Assembly (NCBI GenBank): GCA_025359505.1
Contig: JANYHH010000035.1
Coordinates: 21,966-85,965, forward strand
Origin: Deinococcales bacterium
Lineage (GTDB): Bacteria > Deinococcota > Deinococci > Deinococcales > JAAFIG01
Direction: 5' to 3'
DNA length: 64,000 nt
Shown: positions 8,867 to 17,892 of the stretch, in pieces
Layout of the letters: each line of letters starts with the position of its first letter
Position numbering within the stretch: position 1 is the first letter of the stretch
Position numbers and translations under genes: made by a program
Notes under the pieces: generated by a model
What the model saw: only the letters and a program-made list of their open reading frames with translations
Databases searched by the model: none
What the model was told of the DNA's origin: nothing

Positions 8867-10222
8867 ATGAGTGAGGTCGTGGTCATCGGGGCGGGATTGG
8901 CTGGTTCGCAGGCGGCGCTGGCGGCGGCAGATGCAGGCGTGCAGGTGCGGTTGTATGAGATGCGCCCCGTCAAGATGACGCCCGCGCATCGCGGTCACGG
9001 CGCGTCGGAATTGGTGTGCAGCAATAGCCTTGGGGGTGAGGGCGAGACCAACGCCAAGGGGATGCTGCAAGCCGAACTTCGCGCCGCTCGAGTGGCTGTG
9101 ATGGACGCCGCCGATGGCAACCGCATTCCGGCGGGCAACGCGCTGGCGGTGGAGCGCGATGGCTTTAGCAGGGCGATCACGGCATTGCTCGAGGCGCACC
9201 CGAACATCACGATAGAACGCTCAGAGTTGACTCGAGTTCCCGACGAGGGTGTGGTCGTGATCGCGTCGGGGCCGCTGACTTCGGATGCGCTGGCGGCGGA
9301 CATCTTGGAGCGCTTTGCGGGTGGTGAGCGGCTGAGTTTTTACGATGCCGCCGCGCCGGTGATTGAGTTTGACAGCATCGATCTGGAGGTCGCGTTTCGG
9401 GCTGGGCGTTACGGGCAGGAAGCCGATTACCTCAACTGCCCGTTCGACCGCACTCAGTACGCGGCTTTTTACCAGCGGCTCGAGGAGGCTCGCAGTCACA
9501 CGCCACACGACTGGGAGAAGCTGGAGTTTTTTGAAGGCTGCATGCCGATCGAGGAAATTGCGCGGCGCGGGGTGGACACGCCCCGTTTCGGGCCCATGAA
9601 ACCCAAGGGTCTGCCCGATCCGCGCACGGGGCGCGAGGCGTTTGCGGTCGCGCAGTTGCGGCAAGAAGACTTGGAAGGGCGGCTGTGGAGTCTTGTCGGG
9701 TTCCAAACTGGCTTGAAATGGGGCGATCAAAAAGAGGTCGTGCGGCTGATCCCCGGTCTCGAGCAGGCTGAGATTGCCCGTTACGGTGTGATGCACCGCA
9801 ACACGTACCTCTGCGCCCCGAAGCTGCTCGAGTCTAGTTTGCAATTCAAGGCGCACCCGCGCTTATTTACCGCTGGCGTGCTGGCTGGCACAGAGGGGTA
9901 CTTGGAGAGCGCGGCGACGGGCTGGCTGGCTGGCGTCAACGCGGCTCGAGTTGCTTTGAATCTAGCGCCTGTCACGCCGCCTGCGACGACGATGCTCGGC
10001 GGCTTGGTGCGTTACCTTGCGACGGCCGAATCCAAGAACTTCCAGCCGATGAACACGAATTGGGCGCTCGTGCCCGACCTCGAGCCGGACGATCTGCCAG
10101 AGGAGTGGAAGAACCGTAAGAAACTTGGGCGACGCGAGCGGCGACCGCTGCTGTTTGCTCGTGGGCAACGCGATTTTCTCTCGTGGCTCGAGGGGCTGCG
10201 GGCTGGAACGCCCCTGAGGTAA
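8867..10222 (+). CDS. trmFO: Methylenetetrahydrofolate--tRNA-(uracil54-C5)-methyltransferase TrmFO (Gid)
   Basis: FAD fold VVVIGAGLAGSQAA, the block MTPAHRGHGASELVCSNSLG, and a 451-aa length typical of TrmFO. Confidence 0.9.
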   Translation: MSEVVVIGAGLAGSQAALAAADAGVQVRLYEMRPVKMTPAHRGHGASELVCSNSLGGEGETNAKGMLQAELRAARVAVMDAADGNRIPAGNALAVERDGFSRAITALLEAHPNITIERSELTRVPDEGVVVIASGPLTSDALAADILERFAGGERLSFYDAAAPVIEFDSIDLEVAFRAGRYGQEADYLNCPFDRTQYAAFYQRLEEARSHTPHDWEKLEFFEGCMPIEEIARRGVDTPRFGPMKPKGLPDPRTGREAFAVAQLRQEDLEGRLWSLVGFQTGLKWGDQKEVVRLIPGLEQAEIARYGVMHRNTYLCAPKLLESSLQFKAHPRLFTAGVLAGTEGYLESAATGWLAGVNAARVALNLAPVTPPATTMLGGLVRYLATAESKNFQPMNTNWALVPDLEPDDLPEEWKNRKKLGRRERRPLLFARGQRDFLSWLEGLRAGTPLR

Positions 10223-10233
10223 CGCGCCCCACA

Positions 10234-11388
10234 ATGACCAGTGCGTGCACACTACCGATGCTGCGAATCGTCAGATGGTTTACTATACTGAGCAACTTGT
10301 CTGCTCAATCTGCCACCGCCATCACTCGAGTGCAGCGTTTACGAACGCTGTCTGACCGCTTGTTCGGTAAGCGCCGCGATACGGGTATTGTCGCGCTGCT
10401 GATCGCGCTTTTGGAAATCGGAGTGGCGGCTGGCGTGTACCTGACGGGCGGCACGCAGTTTGTGTATCTGCAATTCATGTATATTCCAGTCGCGCTGGCC
10501 GGGCTGATTTTCGGCATGCTTGGTGGCGTGGTTTACGGGCTGTTCGCTGGGTTGATGCTGGGGCCGGTCATGCCGCTGAACGTCGAAGCCAACCTGCCGC
10601 AGCCGCTGCTGAGCTGGGTGATCCGGCTGGGGTTTTTGTGCTTGCAGGGACTGCTCGCCGGGTATGTGGGTGGGATGATTAAGCAGCGTTTGCGCGTGGT
10701 TGAGATCATCGCCGAGGAACTGTCGCTGACCTATGGGCGAATTTTACGCAGTCTGGTAGCGCTGATCGGCGAGCGCGACGACAAAACGGCCGATCACTCC
10801 GAGCGCGTTGCGTACAACGCGATTCAGATGGGGCAAGCGCTGCATCTGAACTCCACTGAACTCGAGACGCTGTACTGGGCGGCTGTGCTGCACGATCTGG
10901 GAAAAATTGGTGTGCCGGAAGCCATCCTGAATCATCCCGGCGTTTTATCGCTTGATGACCGCACGGCGATGCAGCGCCACGTCGAGATCGGCCAGCGTAT
11001 CTTGGAGCAGGCCAGCGTGGAGTTCGGGCCGATTGCCGCGATCGTCGCCACGCACCACGAGCGCTGGGATGGACTGGGCTACCCCAAGGGCTTGAAGGGC
11101 AAAGAAATTCCACTGGCCGGGCGGATTCTGACGGTGCTGGATGTCTTCGAGGCGCTGACCTCCAAGCGCCCGTACCGCGAGCCGATGCTGGCCGCAGAGG
11201 CGCTACACGTGATCCAAGCCGATCGTGACACGCGCTTTGACTCGAGCATCGTCGATGCGTTCGTGATGTTGTACAACAGCGGTCAATTGGCGCTCTCAGA
11301 AGTTAACGATGCACGAGTCGCACAATTGCATGACCGATACGGCTCTGGGGCGTTGCTGCTCAGTCGGTTGCAGTTGATTAAATCGTGA
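10234..11388 (+). CDS. Membrane-anchored HD-GYP domain phosphodiesterase
   Basis: ORF track 10183..11388. ATG 10234 avoids overlap with trmFO. N-terminal TM helices are followed by HSERVA...LHDLGKIGVP...HHERWDGLGYPKGL. Confidence 0.85.
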   Translation: MTSACTLPMLRIVRWFTILSNLSAQSATAITRVQRLRTLSDRLFGKRRDTGIVALLIALLEIGVAAGVYLTGGTQFVYLQFMYIPVALAGLIFGMLGGVVYGLFAGLMLGPVMPLNVEANLPQPLLSWVIRLGFLCLQGLLAGYVGGMIKQRLRVVEIIAEELSLTYGRILRSLVALIGERDDKTADHSERVAYNAIQMGQALHLNSTELETLYWAAVLHDLGKIGVPEAILNHPGVLSLDDRTAMQRHVEIGQRILEQASVEFGPIAAIVATHHERWDGLGYPKGLKGKEIPLAGRILTVLDVFEALTSKRPYREPMLAAEALHVIQADRDTRFDSSIVDAFVMLYNSGQLALSEVNDARVAQLHDRYGSGALLLSRLQLIKS

Positions 11389-11465
11389 CGCGCCCTCTCT
11401 AGCCTTTCAAAGCCAAGTACGGAGATCACTGCCGTCACATCATCGGCTCGAGTATCCTGCTTGGC

Positions 11466-11990
11466 ATGAAGTGGCTGTGGCTGGTTTTCTTGGCGTTGCT
11501 GGGTTCGCCAGCGCTGGCGCACTCGGTCGCGGTGGACATGGATGTTTTCCTCAGGGCCGGGCGCTTGATCGTGCTGATGGGTGGACCCGGCGGCCAGCCG
11601 CTCAACAACGCTAAACTCGAGTACGTGCTGTTTAACGAGGGCGGTCAGACGTACCGATCCCCATTGCCGCAGGTCGCGGACGGTGAGTACGGTGCACAAG
11701 CACCGAAAGCGGCGGCGGGTACGTACACATTGCTGCTGCGCGACACGACCTTTCAGGGCGAAGCGCTCGAGGCGCAAGCGGTGATCGCCTACCCGCCGTC
11801 TAAACCACTGCGTTTGACATTGCCGCCGTCCAAAGTCGGTGCGCCGGACGCGACATTGCTGATTGCGCTGACCGTCGCGCCGGTCGGCTTGAGTCTGCTG
11901 GTGCTGGTCTTCATTCTGGTCAGTCGCCCTAAACCCAGAGCGCTCGAGGCGCAGGTGCTCGAGGTAAAACCACTCGAGGAGTCGCGGTGA
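11466..11990 (+). CDS. Secreted, C-terminally membrane-anchored protein with predicted mature N-terminal His (possible CopC/Ig-like metal-binding protein)
   Basis: Signal peptide ...SPALA|HS, a beta-rich middle region, and a TM anchor LLIALTVAPVGLSLLVLVFILV. It overlaps the next gene by GTGA. Confidence 0.5.
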   Translation: MKWLWLVFLALLGSPALAHSVAVDMDVFLRAGRLIVLMGGPGGQPLNNAKLEYVLFNEGGQTYRSPLPQVADGEYGAQAPKAAAGTYTLLLRDTTFQGEALEAQAVIAYPPSKPLRLTLPPSKVGAPDATLLIALTVAPVGLSLLVLVFILVSRPKPRALEAQVLEVKPLEESR

Positions 11991-12340
11991 AGCGCGTGCT
12001 GCTGATGCTGTTGACGTTACTGGCAGCCTGCGCTCCGCAGAACGCCAATGGACTGAGCGTGACGCTCGCGCCGGGCCGTTATAGTGTCGGTCGGCGCGAT
12101 GTGCTTTTAGAGGTGCAGCGTGACGGCAAGCCTTTTGAGACGCAGGATTTAAATATTGAGGGCAACATGACCCACGCGGGCATGGGCACGGTCAGCGGGA
12201 GCGCCGCAGCGCTTGGCGGCGGGCGTTACCGCGTTAAGAACTTCGATTTCAACATGTCCGGCGATTGGATTCTGACGGTCAGCGCCACTGAAAACGGTAA
12301 GACCTTGACGGGCGAAGTCAAGCTTGGCGTCGCTCAGTAA
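11987..12340 (+). CDS. Lipoprotein with YtkA/FixH-like domain
   Basis: Lipobox LLAAC. The GNMTHAGMG...GRYRVKNFDFNMSGDWIL pattern resembles YtkA/FixH Ig-like domains (from memory). Confidence 0.5.
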   Translation: MKRVLLMLLTLLAACAPQNANGLSVTLAPGRYSVGRRDVLLEVQRDGKPFETQDLNIEGNMTHAGMGTVSGSAAALGGGRYRVKNFDFNMSGDWILTVSATENGKTLTGEVKLGVAQ

Positions 12341-12342
12341 TC

Positions 12343-13806
12343 ATGACCGCCTCTCCCCAACCCTCGAGCCGCTGGGACGTACTGCGCGTGCCGCTGGTAG
12401 GGGCGTTCCTGCGCTGGCGCTACTCGAGGTTCGCGCTGCAATTGCCGCTGCTGCTGATCGCGGCGCTATGCGTGTACGACGGTTTGACGGGGCGGCAGCT
12501 CGCGCCGCGCAATACGGCGACGGTCGCGGTCTGGGTACATTACCGTGGACTGGTCGCGCTGGCATTGGCGGTGGCGGGCAACCTCTTCTGCGCGGCCTGC
12601 CCGCTGATGCTGACGAGGGGCCCGACCAAGTTACTCAAACGCTTCGTGCCGCAGCTCGAGTTTCCAAAGGTTTTGCGTAACAAGTACGGTGTGCTGGGGC
12701 TAACGTTGCTGTTTTTGTTCAGCTATGAGTATTTTGACCTGTGGGCTAGCCCGTGGCTGACGGCGTGGCTGATCTTGGCGTACTTTGCGGCGGCGCTGCT
12801 GACCGACGCACTCTTTCCGGTAGGTACTTTTTGCAAATACGTCTGCCCGCTCGGGAACTTCAATTTCGCGCTCTCAGTCGCGTCGCCGACGCAGATCAGC
12901 GCGATTGACCAAACGGTCTGCCAGTCCTGCGAGGGTAAATACTGCCTCAACGGGCGCGTGGAAACCGCGACGACTCGAGCGCCGCTGCACGGCTTCAAAA
13001 GCACGCACGTCCTGCTCGAGCTGCCGATGGTCAGCACGATGGTCAATGTCAGCGCGACTCGAGGCGCGTTTCCGGGTTGCGAAACCGATTTGTTCGTCCC
13101 TGCGATCCAAAGCAACACCGATTGCACGCTGTGCCTCAACTGCGTTCGCGCCTGCCCGTATGACAACGTGGCATTGACGGTGCGCTCGCCGCTGACGGAA
13201 GCCACCACCCTGCGCCCTCGAGCGGATTGGGCGTGGTTCATCACCGTGCTGGCGTGGGCGGGGCTGGTGAATGCCTTTGCGATGATCCCGCCGTTCTTCG
13301 CGGTGGCGGCGTGGCTGTCAGACCTGCTCGGCACTCGAGACGAGGCGTTGCTGCTGCTCGTCATTCAGGGCACGGGCATTGGTGTGGGTGCGCTGCTGAC
13401 GTGGGTTGCTGCTCGAGGGAAACTGCGCGATTGGGTCGGCGTGCTGTTCCCGCTCACGCTTGCCGTCTGGGGTGGGCATTACCTGTTTCACTTCGTCACG
13501 GGCTACAACACATTGCTGCCGAACGCGTTTTCCGCGCTCGAGCGCTTGGGCTTGCCAGTCACTGCGCTGGCGTTGCCGGGCGTGGTGCGCGGCGATGGGA
13601 TTTTTTGGATTCAAGCGGTGATTTCCTACGCGGCGCTCGTGGCTGCTGGCTGGGTTGCGTACCGCAAAGCCGCTCGAGGGGGGCGCGACGCTCGAGCCGT
13701 GTTGCTGGAGCTGTTGCCGATGTTATTGCTGATTGTTTTCTTTAACACGTTGACGCTGCTGATTTTCTCGCAGCCGATGCAGGCGCGGGGCAGTTTGTTG
13801 CAGTGA
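12343..13806 (+). CDS. Polytopic membrane 4Fe-4S polyferredoxin (NapH/MauN/CcoG-like)
   Basis: Cys motifs CAACP, CKYVCPLGN, CQSCEGKYC and CTLCLNCVRACPYDN are embedded among roughly 10 TM helices. Confidence 0.7.
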   Translation: MTASPQPSSRWDVLRVPLVGAFLRWRYSRFALQLPLLLIAALCVYDGLTGRQLAPRNTATVAVWVHYRGLVALALAVAGNLFCAACPLMLTRGPTKLLKRFVPQLEFPKVLRNKYGVLGLTLLFLFSYEYFDLWASPWLTAWLILAYFAAALLTDALFPVGTFCKYVCPLGNFNFALSVASPTQISAIDQTVCQSCEGKYCLNGRVETATTRAPLHGFKSTHVLLELPMVSTMVNVSATRGAFPGCETDLFVPAIQSNTDCTLCLNCVRACPYDNVALTVRSPLTEATTLRPRADWAWFITVLAWAGLVNAFAMIPPFFAVAAWLSDLLGTRDEALLLLVIQGTGIGVGALLTWVAARGKLRDWVGVLFPLTLAVWGGHYLFHFVTGYNTLLPNAFSALERLGLPVTALALPGVVRGDGIFWIQAVISYAALVAAGWVAYRKAARGGRDARAVLLELLPMLLLIVFFNTLTLLIFSQPMQARGSLLQ

Positions 13807-13809
13807 CGG

Positions 13810-14034
13810 TTACTCGCTACGGATGACGAGCAAATCATTCAAACTGGTTTCAAAACCATTGTTGTGAAACGCCTCGAGAATCGCCTCGAGCACCTCCAAG
13901 CTGGGGCGGCGCGAGCCGTTAGCGATGGCGTAAATGGTTTGCGGGCTGACGCCGACAACCCACTTGCCAAGGGTATAGGCGGTGACGCCGATCTGCTCGA
14001 GGTAAGGTTTGAGCTGAATGTCAATGCGGGTCAT
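13810..14034 (-). CDS. XRE-family helix-turn-helix transcriptional regulator
   Basis: 74-aa ORF. The segment YTLGKWVVGVSPQTIYAIANGSRRPSLEVLEAI is HTH-like. Confidence 0.65.
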   Translation of the reverse strand: MTRIDIQLKPYLEQIGVTAYTLGKWVVGVSPQTIYAIANGSRRPSLEVLEAILEAFHNNGFETSLNDLLVIRSE

Positions 14035-14095
14035 GGTCTTGACAGAATCGCGTCGCTCAGCTCATCAACAGTGACGTTCCACTGCTCAAGGATAT

Positions 14096-14572
14096 TCACG
14101 ACTCAATCCCCGCCGCAATCCCGCGTGGAAACTCCAAAGTCAGGCGCTCAATCGCTTTTTCAGCGGTCGCCTGCGCCATCTTCTCAAATGCCTTGCCGCC
14201 CCACTTCTCGCTGCTCGGTAGGGCGATAAAAACGGTGATGTGCAGCGCGTACTCGATGCTCGAGCCTTGCGGGGCGCTTGACACTCGAGCTTGACCGCTG
14301 ACCATCGCCCACGCCCGGCCGCTTTGCTCTAAGCCAATCAGGTTCGCGCCGTCTGGGTGAGGCTCCAAACGACTGGCAAAGTCCAGCAGTTGCTCCCCAA
14401 GAAACGGTACGTCTACCGCAAGGTCAGCCGTAACCAGATCGCCCTCGAGCCGCAGGTTTTTGATGAATGACACGTGGCTGAGGGATTTATTGATGTCGCG
14501 CACGTACTGGGTAGCCTCGAGCGGTGGGCTTGGGTGCGAAATAGTGAACTGGCGCTGGACGTTAATCTGCAC
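14096..14572 (-). CDS. Hypothetical protein
   Basis: 158-aa ORF with a GTG start, in the same frame as the upstream ORF. Coding-like composition, no motif recognised. Confidence 0.5.
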   Translation of the reverse strand: MQINVQRQFTISHPSPPLEATQYVRDINKSLSHVSFIKNLRLEGDLVTADLAVDVPFLGEQLLDFASRLEPHPDGANLIGLEQSGRAWAMVSGQARVSSAPQGSSIEYALHITVFIALPSSEKWGGKAFEKMAQATAEKAIERLTLEFPRGIAAGIES

Positions 14573-14626
14573 GGTTCACGCGTCCCATGCGAGGCTGGTT
14601 CACGCGTCCCATGCGAGGCTGGTTCA
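14573..14626. repeat. 24-bp tandem repeat, 2.25 copies (ggttcacgcgtcccatgcgaggct)
   Basis: Two exact copies plus ggttca. They fill the whole spacer between ORFs 14624..14893 and 14096..14572. Confidence 0.9.
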
Positions 14627-14893
14627 TTCGATCCATTCGACGACCAACTCACCGTTCTTCGCGGCTTCGGCAATCTCGCTGTCATTGGCGGAGCGTAACT
14701 TGGGCAGATCGCGGAAACTGCCCGTCGCGCTGGCGTACCCGACGCGCACCACGACGCGCTCGGTGATCTCGTCCTTGCCCATCTTCCAGACCAAGTGATT
14801 GCCCAGCCCCTCGAGCTGATCTCTCGGGACGCCAATGTCCGCGCTGTCCTCAAGGTCTGGCTCGAGGTTGAGGGCTGTGGGGTCGTGATCCAT
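14624..14893 (-). CDS. Hypothetical small acidic protein
   Basis: ORF track 14624..14962. The internal ATG at 14893 (MDHDPTALNLEPD) is the more plausible start. Confidence 0.45.
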   Translation of the reverse strand: MDHDPTALNLEPDLEDSADIGVPRDQLEGLGNHLVWKMGKDEITERVVVRVGYASATGSFRDLPKLRSANDSEIAEAAKNGELVVEWIE

Positions 14894-15047
14894 GCGGGTC
14901 AGCGTACCGCGTGCTCGCGGTAGGTCACAAGGGAGTCTCGAGGGGTGAGCGTTGCCTGTCAAAATCTTTGAAGGCTGAATGAACTTGTGTTCAACAGGCG
15001 TTCAGTCTCGAGGGGATGTGCATCTTAAAGTCCTCACGCACAGTCGT

Positions 15048-16046
15048 TCAGCTCAGCCGTGTGGTCGTGGAATTGCGAATCACCAGCTCCACAGGCAGAA
15101 TCACTTGCCGCACAGGTTTGCCCTCGAGCTGCTCGATCAGCATTTCAGCCGCGACGCGCCCGACGCTGCGGATCGGTTGATGCACGGTGGTCAGCGGCGG
15201 GTTGATGTACGTCGCAAATGGCAGGTCATCGAAACCCGTGACGGAGACATCGTGCGGCACGCGGTAGCCCAGATCTTGCAGCGCTTTGATCGCGCCCATC
15301 GCCATCTCGTCGCTGGCGGCCGCCAGCGCTGTAAATGGCAAGTTGGCGCACCCCTCCAGCCTGCGCCTTTCCAAAAACTCGCGCACCGCACGGTACGCCT
15401 CGAGATCGGTGAAGCCGCCGTCCAGCACCAGTGACGCGTCGAACTCGAGGCCAGCGGATGTCAGTGTGGCGCGGTACGCGTTGTAGCGTTCGACGGCTGT
15501 TTGCGCGGCCAGTGTGCCGGTGACGTGGGCAATGCGGGTATGACCGAGCTTGAGTAAATGCTTGATGATCGCTTGAACACCGCCTGCGTTGTCCACTTCG
15601 ACCCACGCGAAGTCGCCATCCACCTGCCCGACGATCACCACGGGAATCCCCGCTCGGCGCAGTGCGTTGACCCTTGGTTCAATCAGATGAACGCCCGGCA
15701 CGATGAACCCAACGCAGTTGCGGCGGTTGACGTCCGAATCTGGCTCGAGCACCCGCGCCACGAAACCGCGCTGGTAGAGGCTTTCTTGAATCGCGTCTAG
15801 CAGGTACGCGTAATACGGGCTGCGCGGTGTGTGATCGCTGAACGGCGCGATGCCGATCAGTTGTCGCGAGCCGCGAGCTAGGTTGACCGCGCCCAGATTC
15901 GGGGTGAAGCCCGTGTCGCGCACGATTTTCAGGATCGCCGTCTGGGTTTCTAAACTGACGCCGTAGCGGCCGTTCAAGGCCCTCGAGACCGTGCCGATGG
16001 ACACTCCAGCCAGTTGCGCGATTTCAGAGATCGTCAGTTTAGACAT
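15048..16046 (-). CDS. LacI-family transcriptional repressor
   Basis: N-terminal HTH ISEIAQLAGVSIGTVSRALNG followed by a periplasmic-binding-protein-like sugar-binding fold. Confidence 0.9.
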   Translation of the reverse strand: MSKLTISEIAQLAGVSIGTVSRALNGRYGVSLETQTAILKIVRDTGFTPNLGAVNLARGSRQLIGIAPFSDHTPRSPYYAYLLDAIQESLYQRGFVARVLEPDSDVNRRNCVGFIVPGVHLIEPRVNALRRAGIPVVIVGQVDGDFAWVEVDNAGGVQAIIKHLLKLGHTRIAHVTGTLAAQTAVERYNAYRATLTSAGLEFDASLVLDGGFTDLEAYRAVREFLERRRLEGCANLPFTALAAASDEMAMGAIKALQDLGYRVPHDVSVTGFDDLPFATYINPPLTTVHQPIRSVGRVAAEMLIEQLEGKPVRQVILPVELVIRNSTTTRLS

Positions 16047-16113
16047 GGTTAAAAGGAAATGGTCAACAATGCGGCTTCCAACGAACGAGCGTCAGAGGGG
16101 CTGGAAACGTTTT

Positions 16114-16127
16114 CGTAAGCGCTTGCG
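16114..16127. promoter_or_regulatory. Candidate LacI-type operator (cgtaagcgcttgcg)
   Basis: Near-palindrome with the AAGCGCTT core, in the lacI/ABC divergent intergenic region. It is related to the site at 16333-16344. Confidence 0.5.
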
Positions 16128-16302
16128 AAACCAAGCCTAGTGATTTTGGCTCGCGCTGTCAATCACCCCTGCGCTCAGCTCGAGCGTTCAATGATCACTC
16201 GAATCAGGCTCGAGGAGGGCAGTTTTTGCTTTCTGGGACATCGTTTTATACCGAAGCGCTTGGTGGGTAGTCGATGCTCGAGAGTCGATCTGGTGACGGC
16301 CC

Positions 16303-16344
16303 TTGACAGAACAATTCGCAGGTACTATCGTTGTAAGCGCTTAC
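16303..16344 (+). promoter_or_regulatory. Candidate sigma-70 promoter (TTGACA, 17 nt spacer, TATCGT) with an overlapping perfect LacI-type operator GTAAGCGCTTAC
   Basis: TTGACA at 16303-16308 and TATCGT at 16326-16331. The 12-bp perfect palindrome is at 16333-16344, about 110 nt upstream of the binding-protein start. Confidence 0.5.
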
Positions 16345-16454
16345 GACAACCCAACCGCTGCCAACGATCCTAAAGAGTGCGCTCTCATCTCGAGACCGCT
16401 CCTGTCGACGCTGCGGGGCTGGATAGGTTCGTAACTGGTGTTCACGGAGGATAT

Positions 16455-17717
16455 ATGAAGAAACGTTGGTTACTGCTCGCAGGTTCGGCTGTTCTCCCCC
16501 TCACGCTGGCGCTCGCCCAGCAGACCAAGACGGTCAATATCCTCGGCGCGTTCGGCGGTAACGAAGCCAAGGTTTTCCAGAACGTCATCAACGCTTTCGA
16601 GGCGCAGAACCCCGGCATCAAAGTTAATTACTCTACCAGCGCTGATTTCAACACTGTACTGAACGTGCGCGTGCAGAGCGGTGATTACCCGGATGTGGCG
16701 GCCATTCCGCAGCCCGGCGTGATGAAAGATTTGGCCGCGCAGGGCGCACTCGCGCCGCTGTCAGCCAGCACGGTTTCCAACATCCAAAAGAACTACGCTT
16801 CGGCGTGGGCTGATTTGGGTCGCGGCAACGACCGCAAGATCTACGGCGTATTCCACCGCGTTAACGTCAAAGGACTGGTGTTCTACAACAAGCCAGCTTT
16901 TGAAGCGGCCGGTTACAAAGTCCCCAAAACGTGGGTTGAACTCCAAGCCCTGACCAAAGGCATGGAATCAAGCAAGTCTACGCCGTGGTGCGTCGGCATG
17001 GAATCTGGCGGCGCGACGGGTTGGGTCGCCACCGACTGGCTCGAGAACATCATGCTCCGCACGCAACCCGCGTCGGTTTACGACAACTGGATCACTGGCA
17101 AAGTCGCCTTTAGCTCACCAGAAGTCAAGAACGCTTTCAACATCGTCAACGAAATCTGGAACAATCCAAAAGCCGTTTACGGTGGACGCAACGCGATTGC
17201 CGCGACCAGCTTCCTCGCCAGCGCCAAGGGGCTGTTTACTGCGCCGCCGCAGTGCTGGCTCCACATGCAAGGCAGCTTCGCCACGGATTTCTTGCAGGAC
17301 GATATCAAGAAGAATTTGGATGCCAACGTCGGCGTGTTCGTTTTGCCGATGATCAACACCAAGCTCCCTGTGACCATTGAAGTTGGTGGCGATCAGTTCG
17401 TCAGCTTCAAAGGCAAAAATCGCCCAGAAGTTCAGAAGTTCCTGTCGTTCCTCGCCACGGGCGCTTCGGCCAATCCATGGATCAAATCCGGCGGCGGCTT
17501 GTTCCCGCACAAGGATCAGAACAACAGCCTCTACCCGACCAAGCTCGAGCGCGACTTCTCGAACATCATCTTATCAGCCAAAGCCGCTCGCTTCGACGCT
17601 TCGGACGCGATGCCATCGGCCGTCAACCAAGCCTTCTGGAAGGGCACGACCGATTGGGTCACTGGCACGCCACTCGATCAGATCCTCAAAGACATCGACG
17701 CTGCGTACAAGAAGTAA
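16455..17717 (+). CDS. Sugar ABC transporter substrate-binding protein (family 1 SBP)
   Basis: ORF track 16377..17717. ATG 16455 is preceded by GGAGG and gives the signal peptide MKKRWLLLAGSAVLPLTLALAQ. Confidence 0.85.
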   Translation: MKKRWLLLAGSAVLPLTLALAQQTKTVNILGAFGGNEAKVFQNVINAFEAQNPGIKVNYSTSADFNTVLNVRVQSGDYPDVAAIPQPGVMKDLAAQGALAPLSASTVSNIQKNYASAWADLGRGNDRKIYGVFHRVNVKGLVFYNKPAFEAAGYKVPKTWVELQALTKGMESSKSTPWCVGMESGGATGWVATDWLENIMLRTQPASVYDNWITGKVAFSSPEVKNAFNIVNEIWNNPKAVYGGRNAIAATSFLASAKGLFTAPPQCWLHMQGSFATDFLQDDIKKNLDANVGVFVLPMINTKLPVTIEVGGDQFVSFKGKNRPEVQKFLSFLATGASANPWIKSGGGLFPHKDQNNSLYPTKLERDFSNIILSAKAARFDASDAMPSAVNQAFWKGTTDWVTGTPLDQILKDIDAAYKK

Positions 17718-17892
17718 AGACTGCACTGGCGGGCGAGGGGATCAACCCTCGCTCGCTGCTTTCATTTAAAGCCGCTGTGGTTTACAGTGGTGTTCTTCAA
17801 AAAACTAAGCGTTGACCTGAACTCAGGGCCAACGTGAAAGATCTCTTTTTAGAGTTGCCAGCGTCAACCGCTTTATCGCAAGGAGGCAGACC

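Noticed and set aside
8495-8973. ORFs 8495..8689 (+) and 8527..8973 (-) in the gene-free region upstream of trmFO
   Set aside because: They are read straight through the nested palindromic element and are Arg-rich, with no start context. They are considered non-coding.
14570-14626. Selenocysteine or programmed readthrough of the triple TGA
   Set aside because: No SECIS-like hairpin follows the TGA codons, other than the repeat itself, and three consecutive recoding events are implausible. It is kept only as a low-priority alternative in the finding.
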